Shown piece after piece: positions 47,499 to 58,156 of a stretch of DNA of 64,000 nt. How positions within the stretch are numbered: the first letter of the stretch is position 1; each line of letters starts with the position of its first letter. The DNA is taken from assembly GCA_023485685.1 (NCBI GenBank), contig JAMCZK010000038.1, forward strand, positions 1,594 to 65,593, read 5' to 3'. This DNA is from Chloroflexota bacterium. Its GTDB lineage: Bacteria > Chloroflexota > Anaerolineae > Anaerolineales > UBA11579. Below the pieces are notes generated by a model that saw only the letters and a list, made by a program, of their open reading frames with translations, was not told where the DNA came from and ran no database searches. A program made the position numbers and the translations under genes.

Positions 47499-48897
47499 GT
47501 TCGCCGGTTGCATCGGCGCAATCTTTATCAGCCAGGGGGAGGCGCACAGTAAAGGTGCTGCCGCGATTCAACTTCGATTTGACCTCGATTTCACCGCCGT
47601 GATTGCGAACAATCCAGTAGGCGATCGAGAGTCCCAAACCAAAGCCTGCCCCATCCTTGCTGCGCGAGCGCGACTTGTCGCCGCGATAAAAGCGCTCGAA
47701 CACATGAGGCAAATCCCCGGAGGGAATGCCCATGCCGGTATCTTTCACGGAGAAAACCCCTTGACCCGTTTCTTTGGATAAGCTCACGGTTACCTTGCCG
47801 CCCTCCGTCGTGTATTTGATGGCGTTGGCGACTAAATTCAGCACCACCTGCTTCAAGCGATCACGGTCTCCACACACCAAGACCTGATCGATCTGGCCAA
47901 TTTCCAACCGGACCTGTTCGCCCGCCAAAATATGAGCCTGGCTAAAAACTTCCAGCAGCAACGTGTCGAGTTCGACCCGGCGACGATCCATGGGCAATTT
48001 TCCGGATTCGGCTTGCGCCAGAATCAGCAAATCCTCCACCAGGCGCGACAGGCGATCCACCTCAAGCTCGATGCTGTGCAACGATTGTTCATCTTCGATC
48101 CCCACTCGGCGCATCAAATCGATGTTACCCCGGATCACCGTAAGCGGCGTGCGTAGCTCGTGGCCGATGTCGGCCACGAAACGGCGCTGAGTGGCGAACA
48201 ACTTCTCTAAGCGACCCATGGTGTCGTTGAAGGCCGTGATCAGCTTACCAACTTCATCATCCACAATGCCCCGCGTCGGAATGCGCTTCGACAAGTCATC
48301 AGCGCGAGTGATCTGCAGCGCGGTGTCGGTCGCCGCTGCCAGCGGCGACAAAGCCCTCCGACCGGAAACCAACCCGAACATGCCGGCCAGTATGACCGCA
48401 ATTAAACTGAGCACTACCAGGTAACGCACAATCTCATCGCGTAGGGCGTCAAGGATGGTGAGCGAAGTCCCGCTTTGCAGAACGCCGATAGGAGTTCCTT
48501 GCGTATACAATGGCACCGTCAGGACCCGGAAATGAACACCGCCCACTGTGACCGAGTTGTAAACGGGCAGGGTCGCGGAAAAGTTGGTGGAATCCAAAGG
48601 TTGCCGCAGCGGACTATCAGGCTCGGCGGAAGGCGTCAGGCCTACTAAACGATTATTGGTATCCCAGATTTGGACGATGACGCTGGAATCAAGCGAAACC
48701 CGCTCCGAAAGCACGAAGTCCCCTTCGTCGTTGATACGGGTCACCAGGATGAGGTCGCGGGCAGTGCGCTCCAGAGTAGCGTCAACCTGGCGCAACTGCA
48801 CGACAGACACCAGGCCATATACGGCAAGGCCAAAGAGCACCAGAACGGCGCCCAGCACAACCGTATAGAACAGGGTCAGGCGCGCCCTTAGGGACAT
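47452..48897 (-). CDS. HAMP sensor histidine kinase
   Basis: HELRTPL, NLVANAIKYT, DTGMGI, FERFYR, GFGLGL. Confidence 0.95.
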   Translation of the reverse strand: MSLRARLTLFYTVVLGAVLVLFGLAVYGLVSVVQLRQVDATLERTARDLILVTRINDEGDFVLSERVSLDSSVIVQIWDTNNRLVGLTPSAEPDSPLRQPLDSTNFSATLPVYNSVTVGGVHFRVLTVPLYTQGTPIGVLQSGTSLTILDALRDEIVRYLVVLSLIAVILAGMFGLVSGRRALSPLAAATDTALQITRADDLSKRIPTRGIVDDEVGKLITAFNDTMGRLEKLFATQRRFVADIGHELRTPLTVIRGNIDLMRRVGIEDEQSLHSIELEVDRLSRLVEDLLILAQAESGKLPMDRRRVELDTLLLEVFSQAHILAGEQVRLEIGQIDQVLVCGDRDRLKQVVLNLVANAIKYTTEGGKVTVSLSKETGQGVFSVKDTGMGIPSGDLPHVFERFYRGDKSRSRSKDGAGFGLGLSIAYWIVRNHGGEIEVKSKLNRGSTFTVRLPLADKDCADATGELSERKPLAAQPERIG

Positions 48898-48901
48898 TTA
48901 G

Positions 48902-49579
48902 TTATTCGTCTTCGCGAAGCACATAACCCATGCCCCGCACTGTGTACAATAATCGTGGCTCTTTGCCGTCTTCCAGTTTCTGGCGAAGGTAACGGATATA
49001 CACTTCGATAATATTGCTCTCTCCCCCGAAGTCATAGCCCCACACGTCGTCATAGATCATTTCGCGAGTGAGCACCTGGCGCGGGTTGCGCAGGAACAGT
49101 TCCAATAACTCGTATTCCTTGGCGGTCAAATCGATGACCCGTTCCCCCCGCTGTGCCCTGCGGGTACCTGTATCCAAGGTCAGATCCGCAAAGGTGTACG
49201 ACTTCTGCTTGGGCGTTTGAGTGCGGCGCAACAGCGCCCGAATGCGCGCCAGCAACTCATCGAGGTTGAATGGCTTGACCATGTAGTCATCCGCGCCCGC
49301 GTCCAGCCCCAACACCCGGTCGCTTACCGAGTCCTTGGCCGTCAGCATCAGGATCGGAACTTTGCCCGTAGCCCGCAGCCGCTTGCAGACTTCGAGGCCG
49401 TCCATGCCGGGAAGCATCCAATCCAGGACAACCAGATCAGGACGGTTGCCTCCTGCCAGCGCCAGGCCTTTCTGGCCGGTCTCGGCTGTGTCCACCTCGT
49501 ACCCCTCGAAACCCAGGCCGCGTCGCAAAAAGGCCAGAATTGCTTCATCATCTTCAATGATCAGTATCCTAGCAGCCAT
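48902..49579 (-). CDS. OmpR-family response regulator
   Basis: [33 protein letters not shown]. Confidence 0.95.
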   Translation of the reverse strand: MAARILIIEDDEAILAFLRRGLGFEGYEVDTAETGQKGLALAGGNRPDLVVLDWMLPGMDGLEVCKRLRATGKVPILMLTAKDSVSDRVLGLDAGADDYMVKPFNLDELLARIRALLRRTQTPKQKSYTFADLTLDTGTRRAQRGERVIDLTAKEYELLELFLRNPRQVLTREMIYDDVWGYDFGGESNIIEVYIRYLRQKLEDGKEPRLLYTVRGMGYVLREDE

Positions 49580-49645
49580 GTTTTGCTCTCCAACTATTGC
49601 GAATTGACTATATCATAGCCTCAAACTGAGCGAATTGAAGCTGTT

Positions 49646-49682
49646 AAAAACGAAGGCCGCCCGTAGGCGGCCACGTTTTTTC
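49646..49682 (-). terminator. Terminator after rplL
   Basis: ggccgcc-cgta-ggcggcc hairpin flanked by A/T runs. Confidence 0.65.
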
Positions 49683-49695
49683 ACAGGGTTTCTGC

Positions 49696-50076
49696 TTACT
49701 TCAGCTCGACCACAGCGCCGGCGGCCTCTAGTTTGGCTTTGGCGTCATTGGCAACTTCCTTGCTAACGGCTTCCAGCATCTTAGCATTGCCCGCCTCGAC
49801 CTGAGCCTTAGCCTCGCCGAGGCCCAGGTTGGTGAATTGGCGCATCACCTTGATCACTTCGATCTTCTTGGGACCGGCGTCCTTGATGATTACGTCAAAT
49901 TCGGTCTTTTCTTCGACAGCGGGAGCAGCGCCAGCGCCGGCCGCGGGGGCAGCGGCCATCGCCACCGGGGCAGCGGCAGAGACGCCCCACGCCTCTTCCA
50001 GTTTGGACACGAGTTCAGCCGCCTCAACGACGCTGAGCTTGCCCAGTTCTTCCACTAACTTTTCCAGATCAGCCAT
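49696..50076 (-). CDS. rplL: 50S ribosomal protein L7/L12
   Basis: [33 protein letters not shown]. Confidence 0.97.
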   Translation of the reverse strand: MADLEKLVEELGKLSVVEAAELVSKLEEAWGVSAAAPVAMAAAPAAGAGAAPAVEEKTEFDVIIKDAGPKKIEVIKVMRQFTNLGLGEAKAQVEAGNAKMLEAVSKEVANDAKAKLEAAGAVVELK

Positions 50077-50112
50077 TTCTTTTCTCCTATTCGTTTTCTT
50101 TTTTGATTCAGG

Positions 50113-50640
50113 CTAAGCCGCCGCGGCTTTGTCCGCGTAGGCCTTCAAGACTTGTGCCACCCGGCGGCCGGGTTCGGCCAGCAAACGAGTGAGCTGAGTC
50201 GCCGGCGTATTGAGCAGCGCCAGGAATTGTGCGCGCACCACAGGCAGCGAGGGCAGGCTGGCCAGGCGCACGACTTCTTGCGAAGTCAGGTGCTTGGTGC
50301 CCAGGAACCCGCCTTTGATCTTGACGGCTTCTTTACCCTTCGCAAAATCCGCAATGGCTTTTGCCACGCCGGGCGCGTCGGAAAACGCCAGGCCCAGCGC
50401 GGTGCTCCCGAGCAAATGGTCCGCGGGAACGTCCAGGCCAGCCGCCTTGAACGCTAGTTTGCTGAGCGTGTTCTTCACCACGTGGTATTCACCACCCGCT
50501 TCCCGCACGCGTTTGCGCAGTTCATCGAACGCGGGCATGGTAAGTCCGGTGTACTCAGTGAGGAAGACAGCCTCCGACTTGTTCAGCCAGTCTTCATACT
50601 CAGCGACGATGGTTTGTTTTTCTTCCTTCGAAAGCGCCAA
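50113..50640 (-). CDS. rplJ: 50S ribosomal protein L10
   Basis: YTGLT..LR..VVKNTL..LASLPS; TTG start after AGGAGG. Confidence 0.95.
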   Translation of the reverse strand: MALSKEEKQTIVAEYEDWLNKSEAVFLTEYTGLTMPAFDELRKRVREAGGEYHVVKNTLSKLAFKAAGLDVPADHLLGSTALGLAFSDAPGVAKAIADFAKGKEAVKIKGGFLGTKHLTSQEVVRLASLPSLPVVRAQFLALLNTPATQLTRLLAEPGRRVAQVLKAYADKAAAA

Positions 50641-50659
50641 GGGCTTTCACCTCCTATAC

Positions 50660-50785
50660 AAAAAGTCTTTGCCTCAGAGACGAAGCAAAGACTTCTAACG
50701 CAGGTGGAATGATTCTGCGATCAGTTGCCTTTACCTCGGCAGGCGATTAAGCGGCTATCGAGCCGCACCTGCTGTCTCGGGTAAA
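50660..50785 (-). promoter_or_regulatory. L10 leader RNA
   Basis: CCGAGACAGCAGG...TTAA..CCTGCCGAGG upstream of rplJ, followed by a hairpin and U-run. Confidence 0.75.
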
Positions 50786-50976
50786 GTACCGCCGTCCGGC
50801 GGGGCCGCCTTTTATGCCGGCGGCAAGCAAGGGCCAGATTTTACTACAGGATCATCCTCTCGCATAGATAATCATTTCCGAAGCAAATCAGTTGCTTTCA
50901 ATCGGGGGGATTGCTTCGGCGCACCCCATAGGGTGCTTCTCGCAACTGCGGTTGGGCAAGGCACCCAACCTTGATC

Positions 50977-51696
50977 CTACTCCTTGACATTCATGGTTTG
51001 CGCCTGCATCGGATCCACACGCACGCCAGGTCCCATGGTAGCGGAAAGGGTCAGGGTGCGGATGAATTGCCCCTTGGCTGCCGCGGGGCGAGCCTTCACC
51101 ACAGCCTCCATGAGGGCGGCAAAGTTCTCGGAAAGTTGTGTGATATCGAACGAAGCTTTGCCGATAGCGACGTGCAGGTTGGCGGTCTTATCCAGGCGGA
51201 ATTCCACCCGGCCGGCTTTCGCTTCTTTGACCGCACGAGGCAAATCCTTCTCAGGAACCACCGTGCCGGCCTTTGGGTTAGGCATCAACCCGCGGGGACC
51301 GAGCACGCGACCCAGGCGGCCAACCGCTCCCATCATGTCGGGCGTTGCGATGGCGACGTCGAAATCCATCCATCCGCCCTCGATCTTCTTAAGTGTAGCG
51401 TCATCATCCGCCACGGCATCAGCGCCGGCTTCACGAGCCAAGCGGCTGCCTTCGCCCTTGGCAAAGACCAGAACACGCACCGTTTTGCCCAGGCCATGAG
51501 GCAGGACAACCACATCGCGCACTTGCTCATCCGCTTTGCGGGGATCTACACCCAGGCGCATGTGGACTTCAATGGTTGAGTCGAACTTGGTGTAGGCGGT
51601 CTCTTTTACGAGAGCAACAGCTTCTGCCGGTGAATACTGGCGGCCCGCTTCAATCTTAGCTGCCGCCTCTTTATACTTTTTTCCTCGGTGTGCCAT
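50977..51696 (-). CDS. rplA: 50S ribosomal protein L1
   Basis: [30 protein letters not shown]. Confidence 0.97.
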   Translation of the reverse strand: MAHRGKKYKEAAAKIEAGRQYSPAEAVALVKETAYTKFDSTIEVHMRLGVDPRKADEQVRDVVVLPHGLGKTVRVLVFAKGEGSRLAREAGADAVADDDATLKKIEGGWMDFDVAIATPDMMGAVGRLGRVLGPRGLMPNPKAGTVVPEKDLPRAVKEAKAGRVEFRLDKTANLHVAIGKASFDITQLSENFAALMEAVVKARPAAAKGQFIRTLTLSATMGPGVRVDPMQAQTMNVKE

Positions 51697-51746
51697 TCCA
51701 TTCTCCTCGTGGTGCTATCGAGTCCTCAATCGACTCTCCCACATGA

Positions 51747-52172
51747 CTAGTCTTTAACGACAATGCCCATGTTGCGAGCGGTGCCTTCGATCTGTTTCAT
51801 CGCCGCTTCAATGTCATTGGCATTCAGGTCGGGCATTTTGATTTCCGCAATCTCGCGGACCTGGGCGCGGGTTACCTCGCCCACTTTTTGGCGATTGGGT
51901 TCACCTGATCCTTTTTCAACCCCCGCCGCTTTGGCGAGCAAGGTCGCCGCGGGGGGAGTCTTGAGAATGAAAGTAAACGAACCGTCGCTGTAAATGGACA
52001 CTTCTGCGGGGATCACATCGCCTATCTTGTTGGCGGTGCGAGCGTTGTACTCTTTGCAGAAGCCCATCAAGTTGATGCCATGGCCGGCCAGAGCCGGGCC
52101 GATGGGCGGCGCCGGGCTGGCCTTGCCAGCCTCGATCCGCACTGTAACTACTGCCTTTAACTTCTTTGCCAT
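51747..52172 (-). CDS. rplK: 50S ribosomal protein L11
   Basis: [28 protein letters not shown]. Confidence 0.97.
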   Translation of the reverse strand: MAKKLKAVVTVRIEAGKASPAPPIGPALAGHGINLMGFCKEYNARTANKIGDVIPAEVSIYSDGSFTFILKTPPAATLLAKAAGVEKGSGEPNRQKVGEVTRAQVREIAEIKMPDLNANDIEAAMKQIEGTARNMGIVVKD

Positions 52173-52233
52173 ATTTTCTCCTTTGCGGTGTTATCGGACT
52201 GCTGTTGGGTTTCGCAATCCTCCCGCGAATGCA

Positions 52234-53214
52234 CTAGGCTTTTTCTACTTGCAGGAAATCCAACTCGACCGGAGTTTCGCGGCCGAAGAAATTCACCATC
52301 ACGCGCACTTTGGCGCGCTCCATATCAATCTCCGAAACCGTACCGCGGAAATCGTTGAAGGGGCCGTCCACAATGCGAACGCGCTCGCCTTGCTTGAAGG
52401 TCACCTTAATGCGCGGCGCTTCCGCTTCCATGCGCTTCACAATTTGGGAGACTTCCTCCGGACGCAGTGGCAGCGGAGTGTTACCCTGGCCAACAAAACT
52501 GGTCACGCCAGGGGTATTGCGCACTACGTACCAGGATTCCTCGGTGAGGCGCATATTAACCAGAATATAGCCGGGAAACACGCGGCGCTCTACGGTGCGG
52601 CGCTTACCTTCTTTGACTTCGATCTCTTCTTCGGTGGGGACGACCACATCGAAGATTTGATCCTTCATACCCATGGATTCGATGCGCTGCTCGAGGTTAT
52701 GGCGCACTTTGTTCTCGTAACCCGAATAGCAGTGCACCACATACCAGGCGCGTCCGTCCCCGTGTTCGCTATCTACTTGGGGAACCTGGCTTAGGTCGGG
52801 GATGCCTTCTTCGCTGCGACGGGCGGCGGTCTCTTCCACCTTTTCCGGTGTGGGCGGCTCGCCCTTGGCTTCTTCCTCCAGAGCAACTTGTTCCTCTGCT
52901 TCAGGGGGCATGTCCTCTGCCAGTTCTTCCTGGACAGGCGGTTGTTCTTCGATCAACTCGCCTTCACCAAGGCGCGCAGACACTTCCGTTTCCTGGTCAG
53001 CCGCTTGTGATTCGTCCTTTTCGTCGGGCATAGCCGTTTCGCCTGCATCGACCGCCGGGGATTCAGCTAGTGGCACTTCGGCTTCAGGCTCTATGGGCTC
53101 ACTGTGCTCCCGCGCGGCGAGGTTGGCGTCTTGGATCGCCTCATCCGCCGATGGTCCTTCGGCAACTTGGTTTGCCTGTTCCTCAGGCGCTATGCTTTCG
53201 TTCTCTTCAGCCAT
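52234..53214 (-). CDS. nusG: Transcription factor NusG with long acidic N-terminal extension
   Basis: WYVVHCYSGYENKV, FPGYILV, DGPFNDF, FGRETPVEL. Confidence 0.95.
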   Translation of the reverse strand: MAEENESIAPEEQANQVAEGPSADEAIQDANLAAREHSEPIEPEAEVPLAESPAVDAGETAMPDEKDESQAADQETEVSARLGEGELIEEQPPVQEELAEDMPPEAEEQVALEEEAKGEPPTPEKVEETAARRSEEGIPDLSQVPQVDSEHGDGRAWYVVHCYSGYENKVRHNLEQRIESMGMKDQIFDVVVPTEEEIEVKEGKRRTVERRVFPGYILVNMRLTEESWYVVRNTPGVTSFVGQGNTPLPLRPEEVSQIVKRMEAEAPRIKVTFKQGERVRIVDGPFNDFRGTVSEIDMERAKVRVMVNFFGRETPVELDFLQVEKA

Positions 53215-53236
53215 TCACACTCACTAATTAATTCCT

Positions 53237-53452
53237 TTAACGACCCAGCAAGGTTCCAAAGAACCGGAAGAACACCCAGTCCAGTCCGCCAAGAATAATA
53301 GCCATAATCACCATCACGATAATCACAATCCAGGTCAGGCTAACCGCTTCAGCGCGACTCGGCCAAGACACACGGCGCAATTCACTAATCGTTTCGCGGC
53401 CCCAGCGTTGCAAAGCATTGGGTTCTCGCTGGCGCACTGGTTTGATCGTCAT
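53237..53452 (-). CDS. secE: Preprotein translocase SecE
   Basis: ELRRVSWPSR followed by one TM; upstream of nusG. Confidence 0.92.
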   Translation of the reverse strand: MTIKPVRQREPNALQRWGRETISELRRVSWPSRAEAVSLTWIVIIVMVIMAIILGGLDWVFFRFFGTLLGR

Positions 53453-53512
53453 AAACACCTCGTTTTCACCGGTTAAAAAGCCGCTTGACAGCGGCCTTTC
53501 CGGACCATCAGG

Positions 53513-53585
53513 CAGGCGAGGCAGGAATCGAACCCACAACCCCCGGTTTTGGAGACCGGTGCTCTACCAGTTGAGCTACTCGCCT
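53513..53585 (-). tRNA. tRNA-Trp(CCA)
   Basis: AGGCGAG acceptor stem, CTCCAAA anticodon loop, GGTTCGATTCC T-arm. Confidence 0.95.
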
Positions 53586-53656
53586 GTGACAACTACAACC
53601 TTGCGAAGGGTTGGGCTTGAAGTCATATTAATCTTTTCGTCAACCTTCGCAAGGTT

Positions 53657-53824
53657 TTACTTCGTCTCGCGATGCAAACGATGCACTTTGCAGCGCGGGC
53701 AGAACTTGGTCATCTCCAGCCGGTTCTGGTCGTTGCGGCGGCTTTTCTCTGAAGTGTAGTTGCGCTCATGGCACTCCGTACACTCCAGGGTAATGATGAC
53801 ACGCACACCTTTTTTGCCAGCCAT
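53657..53824 (-). CDS. rpmG: 50S ribosomal protein L33 (Zn-binding type), absent from ORF track
   Basis: Manual translation [55 protein letters not shown]. Confidence 0.95.
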   Translation of the reverse strand: MAGKKGVRVIITLECTECHERNYTSEKSRRNDQNRLEMTKFCPRCKVHRLHRETK

Positions 53825-53852
53825 TTGTAATCCTTATGCCTTCAATACTACC

Positions 53853-55055
53853 TTATTCCAAGATCTTAGTGATCACGCCGGCGCCCACGGTCAGGCCGCC
53901 TTCGCGAATGGCGAACTTGGAGCCTTGCTCCAGCGCCACCAAGGACCCCAGTTCCACCTGCAGGTTCACGTTGTCTCCCGGCATCACCATCTCCACGCCC
54001 TCCGGCAGGGTGATCTCCCCGGTCACGTCCATGGTGCGAATGTAAAACTGCGGCTTGTAGCCCGTGAAGAAGGCTTTGTGCCGCCCGCCTTCCTCTTTCT
54101 TCAGCACGTACACTTCGCTCATGAATTTTTTGTGCGGTTTGATCGAGCCCGGCTTGGCCAGCACCATGCCGCGCTCTACCTGGTCGCGGTCGATGCCGCG
54201 CAACAGCAAGCCGGCGTTGTCGCCTGCCAGGCCCTCATCCAGTTGTTTGTGGAACATTTCGATCCCCGTCACCACGGTCGAGCCCACTTTGTCGCGCAGG
54301 CCCACGATGTCCACGGTGTCGTTCAGTTTCACCCGGCCCCGGTCGATGCGCCCGGTCACCACGGTGCCGCGCCCTTTGATGGAGAAGACGTCTTCAATCG
54401 ACATCATGAAGGGCTTCTCCACTTCGCGCACCGGCTCCGGGATGTATTCGTCCACCACCCGCAGCAGTTCCCGGATGGAGGCATAGTCCTCGTGGTTCGG
54501 GTCGGTCTCTTTGCTCTCCAGGGCCTTCAACGCCGAGCCGCGCACGATGGGGGTCTCGTCCCCGGGGAAGCCGTAGCCGTTCAGCAGCTCACGCAGTTCC
54601 AGTTCCACCAGTTCCAGCAGTTCCGGGTCGTCCATCTGGTCCACTTTGTTCAAGTACACCACGATGCTGGGCACTTCCACCTGGCGGGCCAGCAGCACGT
54701 GCTCCCGGGTCTGCGGCATGGGGCCGTCGGGCGCCGCCACCACCAGGATGGCGCCGTCTACCTGGGCCGCTCCCGTGATCATGTTTTTGATGTAGTCCCG
54801 GTGCCCCGGCATGTCCACGTGGGCGTAGTGGCGCTTGTCCGTGGAGTATTCGACGTGGGTGATGTTGATGGTGATGCCGCGCTCGCGCTCTTCCGGGGCG
54901 TTGTCGATCGTGTCGTACGCCCGGTACTCGCCTTTGCCCAGCATGGCCGCCACTTTGGTGATCGCAGCCGTCAGGGTGGTCTTGCCATGGTCAATGTGCC
55001 CCATGGTGCCCACGTTCAGGTGCGGCTTGCTGCGATCAAATTTTTCCTTCGACAT
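53853..55055 (-). CDS. tuf: Elongation factor Tu
   Basis: [35 protein letters not shown]. Confidence 0.98.
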   Translation of the reverse strand: MSKEKFDRSKPHLNVGTMGHIDHGKTTLTAAITKVAAMLGKGEYRAYDTIDNAPEERERGITINITHVEYSTDKRHYAHVDMPGHRDYIKNMITGAAQVDGAILVVAAPDGPMPQTREHVLLARQVEVPSIVVYLNKVDQMDDPELLELVELELRELLNGYGFPGDETPIVRGSALKALESKETDPNHEDYASIRELLRVVDEYIPEPVREVEKPFMMSIEDVFSIKGRGTVVTGRIDRGRVKLNDTVDIVGLRDKVGSTVVTGIEMFHKQLDEGLAGDNAGLLLRGIDRDQVERGMVLAKPGSIKPHKKFMSEVYVLKKEEGGRHKAFFTGYKPQFYIRTMDVTGEITLPEGVEMVMPGDNVNLQVELGSLVALEQGSKFAIREGGLTVGAGVITKILE

Positions 55056-55097
55056 GAATCCTTCTCCTTAGTGAATCAATGTTGTCGTTTTTTTCAG

Positions 55098-55169
55098 AGC
55101 CCTCAATGGGATTTGAACCCATGACCTCATTCTTACCAAGAATGCGCTCTACCCCTGAGCTATGAGGGC
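55098..55169 (-). tRNA. tRNA-Thr(GGT)
   Basis: GCCCTCA acceptor, TTGGTAA loop, GGTTCAAATCC. Confidence 0.95.
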
Positions 55170-55320
55170 TTGCGAACATCAAAACCGTCCTTGCGAACGG
55201 TTTTGATGTTCGCGTTGGAGTTTGCTTGATATTTAATCGACAACCTTTTTCTACCGGGTTTCAACCCAATAGACTTGCTTTCAATGCGATTGCGCAAACT
55301 CCAGTCTGCATTCGCATCAG

Positions 55321-55403
55321 TGGGCAGGGAGGGATTCGAACCCCCGAAGGCGTATGCCATCTGATTTACAGTCAGACCCCTTTGGCCACTTGGGTACCTG
55401 CCC
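55321..55403 (-). tRNA. tRNA-Tyr(GTA)
   Basis: GGGCAGG acceptor, CTGTAAA loop, long variable arm. Confidence 0.95.
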
Positions 55404-55430
55404 TTGTTCCGCTGCTTGCTTCGCGGCGGA

Positions 55431-55502
55431 AGCCGACGACGGGAATCGAACCCATAACCTACCGCTTACAAGGCGGTTGCTCTGCCGTTGAGCTACGTCG
55501 GC
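55431..55502 (-). tRNA. tRNA-Thr(TGT)
   Basis: GCCGACG acceptor, CTTGTAA loop, GGTTCGATTCC. Confidence 0.95.
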
Positions 55503-55592
55503 ACATAACTATGTTAAAGAAGCCGCGGCTAGGCGCGCAACAACTTACCCAGGCGAACCATCAACCATTGGCCGCTTGGGCGATTGGCAAGT

Positions 55593-55892
55593 TTATCCGC
55601 GATGAGCGGGGGAGTCAATAGAACCGGAGCTGACCGAGCGGCATGACGTTGCAACATCGGCAGGGACAAGTCGCATTGCCAGCCAGATCAGCCCTGGGAT
55701 AATCAACACATCATCCAGATGTCCCAAGATAGGAATGAAATCCGGGATAATGTCGATTGGAGTAAGGAAATAGGCTATTGCGGCTCCAAGAAGAACGCGA
55801 GACAGTTTTGGGGTTCCAGGGTGAGCGATCAAACATTTGTAATAGGCCAGTTCAAGTTTTAGCCTCCCAGCGATCCGACTCAGAGTGGTCAT
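55593..55892 (-). CDS. YkvA/DUF1232 family membrane protein
   Basis: AYFLTPIDIIPDFIPILGHLDD. Confidence 0.88.
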   Translation of the reverse strand: MTTLSRIAGRLKLELAYYKCLIAHPGTPKLSRVLLGAAIAYFLTPIDIIPDFIPILGHLDDVLIIPGLIWLAMRLVPADVATSCRSVSSGSIDSPAHRG

Positions 55893-56629
55893 TTAATAAA
55901 CCCACGCGCCTGCCAGGCAAGATAAAGAGCGATGGATCCGGCGACTGCCGCATTGAGTGATTCGATCTTGCCCTGCATCGGGAGCCGCAGCAAGGCATCG
56001 CAGGACTCCCGCACCAGACGCCGCATCCCCTCGCCTTCGCTGCCCACGACCAAAGCCAAGGCTCCGTCCAAGCGAACCTGGTCCAGAGGCTGGGCATTTT
56101 CGCCGCCTTCGAGGCCAATAACCCAGACGTTGGCTTTCTTTAGCTCCTCAATAGCCTGTGCCAGGTTGTGTTGGGCAATGAGAAGGTGTTCGCTGGCGCC
56201 CGAAGAAGCGTTTACCACCGCTGGGCTGACTGTCGCGGTGCGCCGCTGAGGCAGGATAACCCCGTGCACGCCGACCGCCTCGGCGGTGCGTAACAAAGTG
56301 CCCAAGTTTTGCGGATCCTGCAAGGTATCTAATAGAAGAAAAAAGGGTGGGACTGAGGAATTCCTGGCCTGATCCAATAGCTGCGAAAAGTGAGCATAGG
56401 GATATTCGTCGGCTTGCAAGGCAACACCCTGGTGACCTTCCGCCAAACCATCCAGCTCGCGGCGCGGCACCTGCTCTATTGGTAATTTCTTCTCAGTTGC
56501 GTACCGTTGAGTTTGCTCCAGGCGAGAGCTTGATTGAATCCCTTGGGCAACTTTCAGGCGATAAGCCCGCCGCTTGCCTGCGCGCAATGTCTCATAGACC
56601 GCGTTGCGGCCATAGATCCATTCTTTCAA
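55889..56629 (-). CDS. rlmB: 23S rRNA Gm2251 methyltransferase
   Basis: IYGRNAV, HQGV, QDPQNLG, GSEGEG, ESLNAAVA. Confidence 0.93.
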   Translation of the reverse strand: MKEWIYGRNAVYETLRAGKRRAYRLKVAQGIQSSSRLEQTQRYATEKKLPIEQVPRRELDGLAEGHQGVALQADEYPYAHFSQLLDQARNSSVPPFFLLLDTLQDPQNLGTLLRTAEAVGVHGVILPQRRTATVSPAVVNASSGASEHLLIAQHNLAQAIEELKKANVWVIGLEGGENAQPLDQVRLDGALALVVGSEGEGMRRLVRESCDALLRLPMQGKIESLNAAVAGSIALYLAWQARGFIK

Positions 56630-56632
56630 GGA

Positions 56633-58132
56633 CTATTCCCAGCGCCAGGAGGAGCCACCGGCGCTATCTTCCACCAGCACACCAAGTTTTGCCAACCCAT
56701 CACGAATCTGATCCGTCAGTTTCCAAAGTTTTTTGGCGCGCAGAACATCACGAATATCCAACAGCATGTCAATCAATTGGGGAGTATTTCCATTTTCTCC
56801 GCCAGCGGTCGGCCACCGTATTTCTTGCGACATTTCCGCGTCTATTTCTTTTCGCAGCTCATCGAATATTTTGAGCACCAGCCCGGCATCGAGATTCTTT
56901 TCCTGGCGTTTCAACCGAAGACCAAGCACGCCACTCAACTCGAACAAAACCGCCTGAGTACCCTGCATCTGTTCATTCGTTGCGCCTACTTCGCGCACCT
57001 GGTTAATTTGTCGCACTAATTCAAACAGCAGCCCCAGGACTGCTGCGGTATTGAAATCGTCATCCATCGCCTCGATGAAACGGGTCCGTGTCTCCTCGGC
57101 CAGCTTAGCGAGGGCAGCCGTCTCCGTTTTCGGCGCGCCCGTGGCACCCGGTAGTGCGGGCCGCAACCCGCTGCGCAATCGCTCCAGGCCCCGCGCGGCT
57201 CCCTCGACAATTTCGTCTCCATAGGTGAGGGGATGCCTGTAGCTGCTGTTCAACACCATCATGCGCAGCACGTCGGGTTCGTGTTTTTCCAAGAATGCCT
57301 TAATCGAAATGAGATTCCCCAATGACCGCGACATCTTCTCGCCGGAAAATTGCATCAGGCCGTTGTGCATCCAGTAGCGCGCAAACGGCTTGCCTGTGAG
57401 GCTTTCGCTTTGGGCGATTTCGTTTTCATGGTGCGGGAAAATGAGATCGTTTCCGCCGCCGTGGATATCGATCTGTTGCCCTAAATGATGGAAGACCATG
57501 GCAGAGCATTCGATGTGCCAGCCGGGGCGGCCAGGCCCCCACGGGCTGTCCCAGGCGGGCTCGCCGGGTTTGGCGGCTTTCCACACGGCGAAATCCATGG
57601 GGTGTTCTTTGCGTTCATCCACATCGATACGAGCACCGGCATGCATGTCTTCCAAACGACGGCCGGAAAGTTTTCCGTAGTCATCGTCTTTCTCGACACG
57701 GTAGTACACATCCCCATCGACGACATAAGCCGCGTCATCTTCCAACAGTCGCGCCACCATGTCGATGATGTAGGGAATTTCGGCAGTTGCGCGCGGGTAT
57801 ACCGTTGCCGGCAGCACGCTGAGCGCTTTTAGCTGCTGGTCGTATTCTTCAATGTAACGCTCAGCCAACTCCAGAGGCGGCTCACCTTCCTGCTTGGCGC
57901 GCTGGATGATCTTGTCATCCACGTCGGTGTAATTCATGGCGTACCTGACCTCATAGCCGCGATAAACCAGGTAGCGCCGCACGATATCGAAGACCAGGCT
58001 GGACATCCCGTGCCCGACATGCGCACCACCATAGACCGTCGGTCCGCAGACGTACATGGTGACCCTGCCTGGTTCCAGCGGTTGAAAATCTTCCGTTCGG
58101 CGCGTGAGCGTGTTGTAGATGCGCAGTGTCAT
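56633..58132 (-). CDS. cysS: Cysteine--tRNA ligase
   Basis: [34 protein letters not shown]. Confidence 0.97.
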   Translation of the reverse strand: MTLRIYNTLTRRTEDFQPLEPGRVTMYVCGPTVYGGAHVGHGMSSLVFDIVRRYLVYRGYEVRYAMNYTDVDDKIIQRAKQEGEPPLELAERYIEEYDQQLKALSVLPATVYPRATAEIPYIIDMVARLLEDDAAYVVDGDVYYRVEKDDDYGKLSGRRLEDMHAGARIDVDERKEHPMDFAVWKAAKPGEPAWDSPWGPGRPGWHIECSAMVFHHLGQQIDIHGGGNDLIFPHHENEIAQSESLTGKPFARYWMHNGLMQFSGEKMSRSLGNLISIKAFLEKHEPDVLRMMVLNSSYRHPLTYGDEIVEGAARGLERLRSGLRPALPGATGAPKTETAALAKLAEETRTRFIEAMDDDFNTAAVLGLLFELVRQINQVREVGATNEQMQGTQAVLFELSGVLGLRLKRQEKNLDAGLVLKIFDELRKEIDAEMSQEIRWPTAGGENGNTPQLIDMLLDIRDVLRAKKLWKLTDQIRDGLAKLGVLVEDSAGGSSWRWE

Positions 58133-58156
58133 GGTAGTCCTGTCAGATATTGGAAC

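Noticed and set aside
49579-49696. Absence of rpoB after rplL as a novelty
   Set aside because: Separation of rpoBC from rplKAJL occurs in various lineages; not informative alone
53760-55124. 454-aa antisense ORF over tuf
   Set aside because: Shadow of a strongly biased gene
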